DNA from: Octopus sinensis | Taxonomy: Eukaryota | Direction: 5' to 3' | NCBI RefSeq assembly: GCF_006345805.1 | Contig: NC_043012.1 | Coordinates: 7,440,001-7,504,000, forward strand | DNA: 64,000 nucleotides | Part shown: positions 52,981 to 64,000 of the stretch, piece after piece | Position numbering within the stretch: the first letter of the stretch is position 1 | How the letters are laid out: each line of letters opens with the position of its first letter | Notes under the pieces: generated by a model | What the model saw: only the letters and a program-made list of their open reading frames with translations | What the model was told of the DNA's origin: nothing | Databases searched by the model: none | Translations under genes and position numbers: made by a program

Positions 52981-53027
52981 GCGAAGAATGCTTTTACCTT
53001 TATCTGATTATATTTTATTTTACATTA

Positions 53028-53625
53028 TGGTGGCGAGCTGGCAGAAACGTTAGCACGCCGGACGAAATGCTTCGCGGTATTTCGTCTGCCGTTACGTTCT
53101 GAGTTCAAATTCCGCCGAGGTCGACTTTGCCTTTCATCTTTTCGGGGTCAATAAATTAAGTACCAGTTATGCACTGGGGTCGATGTAATCGACTTAATCC
53201 GTTTGTCTCTCCTTGTTTGACCTCTCTGTGTTTGGCCCCTTGTGGGCAGTAAAAAATAGGTATTTCGTCTGCCGTTACGTTCTGAGTTCAAATTCCGCCG
53301 AGGTCGACTTTGCCTTTCAACCTTTCGTGGTAGATAAATTAAGTACCAGTTACGCACTGGGGTCGATGTAATCGGCTTAATCCGTTTGTCTCTCCTTGTT
53401 TGTCCTCTGTGTTTGGCCCCTTGTGGGTAGTAAAGAGATAGGTATTTCGTCTACCACTGCGTTCTGAGTTCAAATTCCGGCGAGGTCGACTTTGCCTTTC
53501 ATCCTTTCGGGGTCGATAAATTAAGTACCAGTTACGCACTGGGGTCGATATAATCGACTTAATCCGTCTGTCTGTCCTTGTCTGTCTCCTCTGTGTTTAG
53601 CCCCATGTGGGTAGTAAAGAGATAT
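53028..53625 (+). mobile_element. tRNA SINE family A: one head plus three ~183-bp bodies
   Basis: Units restart at 53077, 53260 and 53442 with gtatttcgtct. Confidence 0.9.
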
Positions 53626-53871
53626 ATTTTCTATTTTACATCTGACATTTCAGATTTCCTTTTTTTATCTTATTCTTTATATTGTGTACGTGGACTCTCA
53701 AAATCACGAGAATCTCAAACAAAAATCTACAGCGCTTTACATAACTAAATTATAAGTTCAAATCCCAGCTAAGTCGACTATGCTGTTAAACCGTTCTGGA
53801 GTCGATAAAATAAAGAACGGTCATACAATCAAAAATAAAACGATAAACGTCGCCCTTTTCAAGCTTAGCCA

Positions 53872-54150
53872 GGCTCATGGGCTCGGTTTCCTGGTTTCTG
53901 TGGCGTATGTGTTTCTCCCCAACTGGACGGGACGCCAGTCCATCGCAGCGTTACTCAAGAAACAGGAAGAGTGAGAGAAAGTTGGGGCGAAAGAGTACAA
54001 CAGGAGTTGCCACCACTCCCTGTCGGAGGCTCGCGGAGCTTTTAGGTGTTTTCGCTCAGTAAACACACACAACGCTCGGTCTAAGGATCGAAACCGCGAT
54101 CCTCCGACCGTGAGCCCGCGGCCCTAACCACTGGGCTATTGCACCTCCGC
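53872..54150 (-). mobile_element. tRNA SINE family D, diverged
   Basis: Homologous to 10288-10573. Confidence 0.75.
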
Positions 54151-54540
54151 AATCAAAAATACCCGAATTGAAATTTGAGAAACTAATAGAGACCTTCAGA
54201 GAGAGTGGAGAAAGAAAGTAAGAAAAGAGTTAATGCACTGGTTAAGAGTTTGATGTATTTTGATAATCGTTCGTGTATATATGTAGGGTGTATAAGAAGA
54301 TTGTGTGTGTGTGTTGTGTGTGTGTGTGTGTGTGTGGTGTGTGTGTGTGTGCATCAATGGCTATGATGTGTATTTGTATGTCTATATTTCCATGTGTGCG
54401 AGTGCACACATGGAAATATATTTATATATGTATCTGCTACGTATATCTACTTCCGATGTATTTGTGGTTTATGAGCGTGCAGTAGGTGTGAGCATGTATC
54501 GCATGTCCGAGATATGTGCGTGCGTGTGTGTGCGTGCGTG

Positions 54541-54579
<39 letters not shown>

Positions 54580-54585
54580 GTATGC

Positions 54586-54623
<38 letters not shown>

Positions 54624-55283
54624 GTGTTTTTGTATTTATGCATATGGGTATATCAAGATAAGAAAGTTGTTTAAATTTAGGAAGTGGGGGGCTTTGAATT
54701 ATCATGTCTATTTCAATTTTCTTTGTTGTGCTGAAGATGAAACAAGAAGAGGAAGAGAGAAGAAGGGAGATGAAAGAAGCGAAGTAAGGAAGAGGAAGAT
54801 GAGGAGGGGGAGAAAAAACATTAAATAAAAAAAAAAAAAGATTTCCGTTTCTTCCGGAAAACGAAATTCACAATTTCAATAGCAGCAAGTAAAAACACAC
54901 TTTTGTATAAAACACATTAATGTAGACACACACACACACACACACACACGCTCTCACACGCACAGATAAATAGTCTAGTCACTATCACACACCCACAGCC
55001 ACCCCTCATACACAAAGATAGATGTATGTATGCATGTGTGTATGTATGTATTTTTGTAAGTATGTATGTTTGTATGTATGTATGTATATACAAGGACATG
55101 TACGCTGTTGTAGATGTGTTTACAAAGCACTTGGAATCAGAATTAAAACAGCCGCAGCTAAACTGAGGAAAACTGCTTTTAGACTGCAGTTAAGACGTTG
55201 TTTAATAATGGGAAAAAATATGGATGGCACAAACAAACCCACAGCTGCATCTGTTCGCGTGTGCGAGAATACATACATACTAC

Positions 55284-55361
<78 letters not shown>

Positions 55362-55446
55362 ATATATATATCTATATATATATATATTATATATATATAT
55401 AATATATATATATATATATGTATATATATGTATATTATATATATGT

Positions 55447-55746
55447 GAAGGTGCATGGCTCAGTGTTAGAGCGTCGAGCTTACGATCGCGAGGTTGTGAG
55501 TTCGAATCCCAGACCGGGCTGCATGTTGTGTTCTTGAGCAAGACACTTCATTTCACGTTGCCCCAGTTCACTCAGCTGTAGAAATGAGTTGCGATGTCAC
55601 AGGTGCTAAGCTGTATCGGCCCCTTTGCCTTTCCCTTGGATAACATTGGTGGCGTTTTCCATAAAAACAACATTGCCCGGACTTGTGCCTGGGAGGGTAA
55701 CTTTTTAGGTGCAATCCCACGGTCAGTCATGACCGAAAGGGGGTCT

Positions 55747-55748
<2 letters not shown>
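55447..55748 (+). mobile_element. tRNA+CORE SINE family C with internal deletion
   Basis: Matches the 50348 copy but lacks ~45 bp of the body. Confidence 0.85.
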
Positions 55749-55785
<37 letters not shown>

Positions 55786-55849
55786 TTATTTATTTATTTA
55801 TATTTATATACACACATACAATAGATATATGTATAATACATGTATAATC

Positions 55850-56065
55850 CTACGTCGTTTTCTCCGCTGGGTGGGCCATATGATTCAGATGCTAGGTAGG
55901 GTCCTCGCAAAGATGCTTCTGTTCAGCGAGATGGAGACGGGGAGTAGACCTGATGGACGTGGAAAACTTCGTGTTCATGATCATCCCGGGCGACCTTTCA
56001 TTTTATGCGGTGTCTCTCTCAATTGGTTGGAGGCTCTGGCTATTAGTTGGAAGAAATGGAGGCAG
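55850..56065 (+). mobile_element. RTE-clade LINE C-terminal fragment
   Basis: RRFLRWVGHMIQM..KMLLFSEMETGSRPDGRGKLR..WKKWR. Confidence 0.7.
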
Positions 56066-56432
56066 CACTACCTCCTCCAGGCACTTGATGTAAGTCTCCC
56101 TGTTGAATCTAAGACCGTATTGGAAGATGAATGAAGGCATAATGTCGCAATCACTAGCAATCACTCCAAACAGCATAATTTTGACTGGATGTTTGGAATT
56201 TATCACTCTCGGTACATGTCCTCAGACACCCAATACTCAAACACCCAAACACTCTGAAATGTTCGTATTGGAGCTATCTGCGCGAATACCAAGAGATGCA
56301 TGTTTGGCAGAGAGAATTGCGTCATGGTGCTGCTTTTCTCACAGACGATGCTCAAAGAACCCTATTATATTGTGAATTCGTATGCGTGAAATTAAAAATA
56401 TGAAATGGTGATAATTTAACCATCAAACCATA
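56050..56432 (-). mobile_element. maT/DD37D-like transposon remnant
   Basis: KHPVKIMLFGVIASDCDIMPSFIFQYGLRFNRETYIKCLEEVVLP, plus TIR-like aatggtgataatttaacc near 56420. Confidence 0.7.
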
Positions 56433-56585
56433 TATATATATATAACTAGAGGATGTGTAAACCCCATGAAGTGATGGTTTCATCCAAGGAAATACTGGTT
56501 CAATACCTGGTATTTTGGGGGAATGGATTTCCTTAAAGTAATAGGTAAATATAAAAACTTATAATTTATATTCATTTAAAAGAAG

Positions 56586-56934
56586 AAACGAAAATGGAGA
56601 TTAGAGAGTTAATAGTTGTTTATTATTAACAGCAAATTTGGTCATCTTCACTTACAGCCGTTTCAATTAATGCTCAATAAACATTAAATGTACATTGATG
56701 TGACATGAGCTCAATATCATCAGCGGAAAAAAAGATGTACATTTGGATAAGATTTGTGTGCTTTTGAATTCATTTTAGCAGACATTTTTTCCTCTGATGA
56801 TATTGTGCTCATGTCACATTAATGTAAATTTAATGTTTATTGAGCATTAATTGAAACGGCTGTAACTAAAGATGACCAATTTGCTGTTAATATTAAATAA
56901 TTATTAACTTTCTAATCTCCATTTCTTTTCGTTT
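56586..56934. repeat. ~150-bp-arm foldback in an AT-rich/(TA)n context
   Basis: Arms 56586-56738 and 56782-56934. Each arm carries CTGATGA...GAAACGGCTGTA. Confidence 0.85.
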
Positions 56935-56953
56935 ATATATATATATATAATTT

Positions 56954-57025
<72 letters not shown>

Positions 57026-57081
57026 CGTTCGTAAACATAAATCCGAAAGAAGAAGCACATACTAAGTTATAAAGCTGTGGT

Positions 57082-57270
57082 ATTAAAGTTTGACAAGGTC
57101 GGTTCATGGGATTACCCTAGGTTTCACTTTCATAAAGATCTTAGTTTAATGGTGTATCATCAGACCGCAAAACCTGTTGGCTAAAGGCCTCTCTAGCGAG
57201 CGGCCTTTCTAGCCAAGCCCTTTATGGGGGTGAAACCTAAGATAATCCCATAAACCGGCCTTATCTTTAA
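57082..57270. mobile_element. MITE-like element with ~50-bp imperfect TIRs and an inner hairpin
   Basis: ttaaag..ggttcatgggattaccctaggtttcac..cataaag versus ctttatgggggtgaaacctaagataatcccataaacc..ctttaa. Confidence 0.65.
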
Positions 57271-57276
57271 TATAAA

Positions 57277-57690
57277 CTAGCAGTATCGCCCGGCATTGCT
57301 CGGGTTTGTAAGGGAAATAACTATATAAGCTTTTAGAGACTTATAGAAAAAAAAATAGCAAAAAAATCATTAAAAATGGAAAAAAAATTATGTAAATTTT
57401 TTTAAATCGTTATCGTGACATTTTTCGAGAACTTCATCATTATTTTAGTTGTATATATAAATAGCGAACAATGCATTAAAATGGAAAAAAAATGATGGTA
57501 AATTTTTTTTTTAATCGTAGACTCATCGTAGAACGCGCGCTAATACCCCAGAAGGGCTCGATATGAATCACGACTATAAGATACCCGGTTTTGGTTAAAC
57601 TGCACCGCAAAATGTGGGAGTAGTGGGAGTAAGTAGTTAGAATCTAAATCGTAGGAGACAGACACACAACTTGACCTTTATATATAAAGA
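57277..57690 (-). mobile_element. Non-autonomous Helitron-like element
   Basis: Same termini as the 24079 copy (TC...hairpin-CTAG, A/T target). Confidence 0.85.
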
Positions 57691-57931
57691 TATATATATA
57701 TACATATATGTATACACATGTGTGTGTGTACATGTTTTGTATGTAAGTCCAGGTGCGGTTGAATGGTAAGAAGTTTGCTTCCAACCAAATGGTTCAGTCC
57801 CACTGCGAGGTACCTTGTCAATTGCCTTCTTCTATAGACTCGGGCCGACCAAAGTCGTGTGAGTGGATTTGTTAGACGGAAACTGAAAGAAACCTCAAGT
57901 ATGTGTATGTGTTTGCGCGCGCGTATGTGTC

Positions 57932-57993
<62 letters not shown>

Positions 57994-58182
57994 TGTGCGT
58001 GCGTGTATGTGAGTTTGTTTAAAAGTGTGCAAATGTACGTACATAAGTGTATGCTTGTATTCGTTTTATATAAATTTCACTGCTTCTTTTTAATACGTAA
58101 ACACGGACTCAATTATTGAATGCGAGTCTGTACGTGTATATATACATACATACATGCATATATATGTATGTATGTATGTATG

Positions 58183-58216
<34 letters not shown>

Positions 58217-58517
58217 TGTATGTAGGTATGTGTGTATGTATGTATGTGTGTATGTATGTATGTGTGTATGTATGTAGGTATGTGTGTATGTATGTATCTA
58301 TCTATCTATCTGTCTATGTATCTATCAATATATGTATGTGTTGGTGTACGTGTACGTGTATGTGTGTGTGTGTTTGTGTGTGTACAGACACACGTTTATT
58401 TTGAAAATTGTTGCCATTTCTAAAAATACTGTTGTAATTGTGCGTATATCTATAAATAATGTGCGTAAGCGTGCATATACGTATAATATTAATATATATA
58501 TATATACATATATATAC

Positions 58518-58556
<39 letters not shown>

Positions 58557-59297
58557 ATATAGATATACATACATATATATACATTATATACATATATTAT
58601 ACATATATATATATATACACATATATATATATTATACATAATATATATATATATATATATATATTACATATAATATACATATATATATATATACATATAT
58701 ATACATATATGTATACATATATATACATATAAAGATATATATATATATTCATGTATGTATGTATATATATATGTATGTAGATATATATGGTATGGTGTAT
58801 ATGTGTATATGTATGTGTGTGTGCGTTTATGTACGAGTGTGCGTGTGTGTATGAGTATGTGTAATATATGTATATGTATGTATGTCGAGGAGAATGTCTG
58901 TATTTGTATTCAATAGAGACAGATAGATAAACCGAGAGAGAGATGGGGAGGGGGAGGAGAAAGTGTGTTCTGTTACCGATAGAAATAGAGAAAAAAAATT
59001 GAAAATAAATTAAAATAACAGCGATTTCTTAAGTAAATATCATTATATCTGAAAATAGAATGAAGAATGTGGTCAACGTTACATTGCAGCCATTGTTAGC
59101 CTCGCGCTCACACACACACATACACACACAGAGACACGTACATACTCACATAGACACACACACAAACACACATTCATTCATACATACATACATACATACA
59201 TACGTGTGTGTGTATGTGTGTGTGTCTGATGTATGCTTGTAGGTAGGTATATTTATATTTGTATACACATACAATATATACATATGTGTATATACAT

Positions 59298-59341
<44 letters not shown>

Positions 59342-59543
59342 GTACTCATACATCTATGTATAGATGCACTTACATCTATATTTATTCATAAACGAATGCC
59401 CCCCCCCCATATATATATATAAAGGATAAGATCGTTAATTTAAATTAAATAACGATCTTATCAAGTGGCCAGCATGGAAATAAAAACCTTCAAAGGTAAT
59501 AATTATTATTAAAATTATAACTTAGGGTATCTACGAGATACCA

Positions 59544-59679
59544 CCATGCTGAAAATAGCAGTCAGGATCTGACTCTAAAACCACCTTAAGTGTTCATATA
59601 GCACAAGGAGAGCTTTTTGTCTTCTCTCCTTGTGCTATATGGTTTTAGAGTCAGATCATGGCTGCTATTTTCAGCATGG
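59544..59679. mobile_element. MITE-like nested foldback
   Basis: 40-bp outer arms (ccatgctgaaaatagcag..ctctaaaacca) and a perfect 16-bp inner stem tatagcacaaggagag/ctctccttgtgctata. Confidence 0.75.
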
Positions 59680-59778
59680 AAGTATCTGCTAGATAATATA
59701 TATATATTTGTGCGTGTACATATGTGTATGTGAGTATATATATATATATATATATAATATATATAACGGTGTGTGTGT

Positions 59779-59809
<31 letters not shown>

Positions 59810-59868
59810 CACGCGTCTATGTGTGAGCGTGTAAGTCTCTGTGTACACATATACACACGCACACACAC

Positions 59869-61112
59869 ATAAAAAATAGAAAGGAAGTCTCGTCGCATTT
59901 TTGACCTGATCACTTGGAGAGTACTTTTTAAATACTTACTGTAAAGTAAACATGTCTCTAATAGATTCCTTCTTTCTTTTCAGCCTTCTTTAACGATTGT
60001 GGTTAAATTTGTATCGATATTACCCGTCTATTAATAAAATTACTTTTATTCAGACTGAAAGCAGATACTGCTGCTGTATGAATTCAAACGGTGCTTTTCA
60101 GTAATGCATAGAACGAGAAATATTCGTTGTATCTACGGAATCGAAGCGTTGAGTGTCTGGATATGTCAAGATTGTTATGGGTGGTTTCGCTTGGGAAATC
60201 TTTATACAAATTTCCCTCGATCTGGACGAGCGATTTTTGTCAACATTGAGCTTTCGAAAGCCGTTATGGAGGAAAAACTAAAGGCAAAGTACACAAGAAG
60301 TAACAAAATAGTTCAATTCAAGTCACATTTCTATCATAAAATACATTCATGAACTTAGAAAAGAGCTTAAACTTCACCAATGGGTCCCACATCATTTGAG
60401 TGCTCCTCAGTTTCAAAGATTTGCCCTCCTGTAGCCATTAAATAATAAATTTGCTACCGAACATTTCATGGGTAGAACCATAGAAATAATGATAAGTGGG
60501 TTCGTTATGATCATAGTCAAGGAAATGTTTAACATTCAATGAATAAGGAGAATCCATACCATACAGAGGACTACACCTTCACAAACTAAGTTGTGCTCTG
60601 TGTTGGATCTGATGTGAAGGGTGCCATTTATCACGAAATGTTAAAGCAAGAGAAACAGTTAACGCAGAGATGTATTGTTGTCAGTTGGAAGCATTGCACA
60701 AAAATTTGTCAATGATAAAATGGTGTTGCCCTCACACGATAATAGGACCACGTATTGCCGGAGTCATTCAGGGAAAGATTATGGCACCAAACATGGAAAT
60801 TTTGCCTCATCATCCTTACTCTCCCGACCGTGCTCCATTCGACTAGTACCGTTTCAGATCATTGCAATAGCATTTAGAAAGCAAAACAGTTTATTAATTG
60901 AGAAGAGGTTAAACAATATTACAAAGAGTTTCTTTGCTCCGAAACGTAACGAATTTTTACACCCGAGGGATGAACAATTCACGAGATAAATGGGATTATG
61001 TTATCAATAACAAGAGGAAAGATTAAGCTGATTAAATGTATCAATTAAGAGCAAAGAAGTATTTCTTTCCTTCCTATTTTAAATGCGACAAAACTTGCTT
61101 TCCAACTTAATA
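59869..61112 (+). mobile_element. Full-length decayed mariner (DD34D), ~1.24 kb
   Basis: HTH region RNIRCIYGIEALSV..PRSGR, catalytic region HDN..EILPHHPYSPDRAPFD, TIRs aaggaagtctcgtcgcattt / aaatgcgacaaaacttgctttccaacttaaTA. Confidence 0.85.
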
Positions 61113-61133
61113 TTTGTGTGTGGTGTGAGAGAC

Positions 61134-61165
<32 letters not shown>

Positions 61166-61587
61166 TATACACACACGCACATATATTTATCTATATTGTA
61201 CTTTGTCGCCAAGACTTAAGCACTCACACACACAAACACATTCCCCACACGCGCACTCCAGCTGTTTTATGTTTTTAACTCAAATCCATAAATATAGATG
61301 TGTTCTTTTAAGTATGTGTTTATTTATTTACGTTTTATAAATATAGATATATAAAAAATATGTATATATACATGCATACACTCACACACACAAACATACA
61401 TACAACTATATATACATGTATCTATCTTTCTATCTCTCTCTCTCTCACATATATATATATATATATATATCACCGTAATCACTGTGACCGACCAGGCTAT
61501 CAGATGTTGCTACACATCGCTGGTCACAATGCACTTCGCATTGTTTTAGCCTTCAAATGACGCCACCTCGCTGGCTAAGCGAGCAGG

Positions 61588-61623
<36 letters not shown>

Positions 61624-61624
61624 C

Positions 61625-61655
<31 letters not shown>

Positions 61656-61805
61656 TGAAATGGATAAATGAATTATCTTGTTAAGGATTATTCAAATTTA
61701 ACCGATACCTGGGTAGAAAAAATCACAACAGAAAAACACGGTTGAAGTTACGACCTTGGGGTGTCGCAACCGTGCCTTAGCGCGGATAATTGAAGCTTAA
61801 TATAT

Positions 61806-61949
61806 TAGTGAGGGAAGAAATGGAGCTGAACGAAGATTCTACAGAATTCCTTTTATTATTTTCTACACATTTGCGGCCTTTGAAACATGTGTAGAAAATA
61901 ATAAAAGGAATTCTGTAGAATCTTCGTTCAGCTCCATTTCTTCCTTCAC

Positions 61950-61951
<2 letters not shown>
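61806..61951. repeat. 65-bp-arm foldback with hammerhead 3' half at the loop
   Basis: Arms 61806-61870 and 61887-61951 (one mismatch), 16-nt loop. GAAAC-ATGT-GTA spans the loop and arm 2. Confidence 0.85.
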
Positions 61952-61990
<39 letters not shown>

Positions 61991-62584
61991 TATATATATA
62001 ATATTTATACTAATATATAGATAGATAAAGAGAGAGGGAGAGAGAGAGAGGGATAGATGGATAGATGGAAAGTTTGATAGAAAGATTGAAAGATACTTAG
62101 GTGTTTGTGTATGTGTATGTGCGTGTGTGTGTGTATATATGTGTGTTCGCTCGCACGTGACTATCGACCATCTTTCTTGGTTCCTCTCTGTTGTAGCGGG
62201 AACAAGGAAGACGTGTTCTTGTTTGCCTCCTGTCCACGCTTGATTTACGCGTTCGCCACTTCAACCTCGTTTAGGCTTAGCAGCCATTCCTGTTCGTTTT
62301 CACTGTCCTGTTTATGCTACCTATTTTGCTCCCCCGAAAAATCCCAAATTTTAATTAATTTGCTGTGCGGGAGCAATTGTTTTATCTAAGGTGTATATTG
62401 TTGTTAAATGCTCGAAATACGAGACTAGAAAAACAGCCAGCAACTGATGAAGGGTTGTTCTTTATGTTTGTTTTGTTTTCCATTTGTGTCTTTCGTTGTT
62501 CGAACGGATAGTTCATGTTCCATGTACTTGTACTTCGTACTTTTTTGTTGTGCACGTTTCATGACGTCCTGTGCCCACATATGC

Positions 62585-62622
<38 letters not shown>

Positions 62623-62686
62623 GTATATGTTACATATACGTATGTATGTATGCATATATATATATTATTTATATTACATTATATAT

Positions 62687-62731
<45 letters not shown>

Positions 62732-64000
62732 TATTATATATATATATATATATTATATATTATATTATATATATATATATATATTATTTATATATTATAT
62801 AATATTATTATTATATATATGTTATTTATGTTATTATATATATATATATATATATATGCATGTGCATTAGTACAACAATAGTAACAAAAATACCAACAAC
62901 AATAGCCCACGTATGTATACATATATATACATACAGAAGTGTATTCATTCTGCTCTAATTGTATAAGAGCTCTATCAGTTAAGCTTATTGACGAAAACCC
63001 GAGATGCTCTGCTCTTTATAAGACAAGTTTCTTTTGTTAGTTGCAGACAACCGTAGATAATTGCAGACCACATGCAAGATATTTGCATAGTTCAACCACC
63101 TCAGTATTCTTAGAGTGAATTTGAAAAATTCGGTTGAGCGATATCTCTTCTTCTATCTGTGTTAAAAAGCCACTAATCCTTGACCTTTGTCAAGGTCACT
63201 GCATGAGTGTTTACTTACGTAACCAAGTGTCTTTATGATTCTGCGATTCTGTGTTTAAACTGAAACGTCAAACGTTTTCTCAATACAGAAGCTTGTGTAT
63301 CGCTTGGAATATAAACTGGTGGTGGTGGTGGTGGTGTGGAGGTGGTGGTGTGGTGGTGGTGGTGGTGGTGGTGGTGGTAGCGGTGTTGCCGATTATTGTT
63401 CTCAAAGACAATGTCAGCACCACCCAAAAGTGTTAAGGAATTTTGGTCTCCTCCCCTTTATCGATGCTAAGATAACACAGAATTTTAATTCAGATAGTTC
63501 TTCCTTCTTCGCCATATAGCTGGATAAGTTTCCATCTCTAGCCATTTCTCTTGAATTGGGCTTAGTAACATGTGTAGTCGCAAGCTGATATATATATCTC
63601 CTCCTGATCCTCACATTCTGAGCCAAGTAAACCATTAAGGATATGACAGATTAAAGAACAGAGAGAAAGAGTACTGGGTTCGAACTCCTCTTCAGTTGAA
63701 TAGCCACGAGTAACGTGAAATATGGTGCCTTGCTGAAAGACAGAACGCGCTGCCTGACGCCAGAATTGAACCTATGATCCTCTTATCGAGTCACCATGTA
63801 CACCTAAGAGTATACATACATACATGCATACATATATACATACATACATACATGTGTCTATATTGAACCCGCGATCCTGCATGCAAACACACACACACAT
63901 ACACATATATATATACATATGTGTGTGTGTGTATGTATATATATATGTGTGTGTGTATGTATGTATGTGTGTATGCATGTATGTATATATGAGGGGGATG

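Noticed and set aside
53028-53625. CRISPR-like regular repeats
   Set aside because: Units are whole SINE bodies without unique spacers, in a eukaryotic context.
62440-62470. CTGATGA with a weak stem
   Set aside because: No GAAA after the stem.
63205-63350. Minus donor GTAAGT with upstream acceptors as the exon preceding A
   Set aside because: All frames contain stops or give the wrong phase; the preceding exon probably lies beyond the window.
63985-64000. tatgagggggatg, possible start of a mariner TIR
   Set aside because: Truncated by the window edge.

Overview
AT-rich, microsatellite- and transposon-dense animal DNA. The SINE families look like those I recall from octopus genomes (inference, not a search result). 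The window is almost entirely intronic. I reconstructed three phase-compatible minus-strand coding exons missed by the ORF track (50134-50004, 25964-25806, 7503-7371). They splice into thrombospondin type-1 repeats (TSRs) resembling ADAMTSL1/3 (MADD-4/punctin/nolo), separated by introns of about 24 kb and 18 kb. The second TSR has lost its CSxxC cysteines. The first intron holds a candidate nested or alternative unit: a non-coding exon near 48.7 kb and a signal-peptide, Cys-rich 96-aa ORF at 45199-44909 with a polyA signal. The repeats include several tRNA-derived SINE families (one forming head-less concatemers), three non-autonomous Helitron-like copies, decayed mariner/Tc1/maT, R4/Dong-like, RTE and Penelope fragments. 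There is also a set of minimal type I hammerhead ribozyme motifs, three of which sit in long foldback palindromes. Nearly all ORFs in the supplied track are microsatellite artefacts. Repeat boundaries are approximate; exon, hairpin and ribozyme coordinates were counted by hand.
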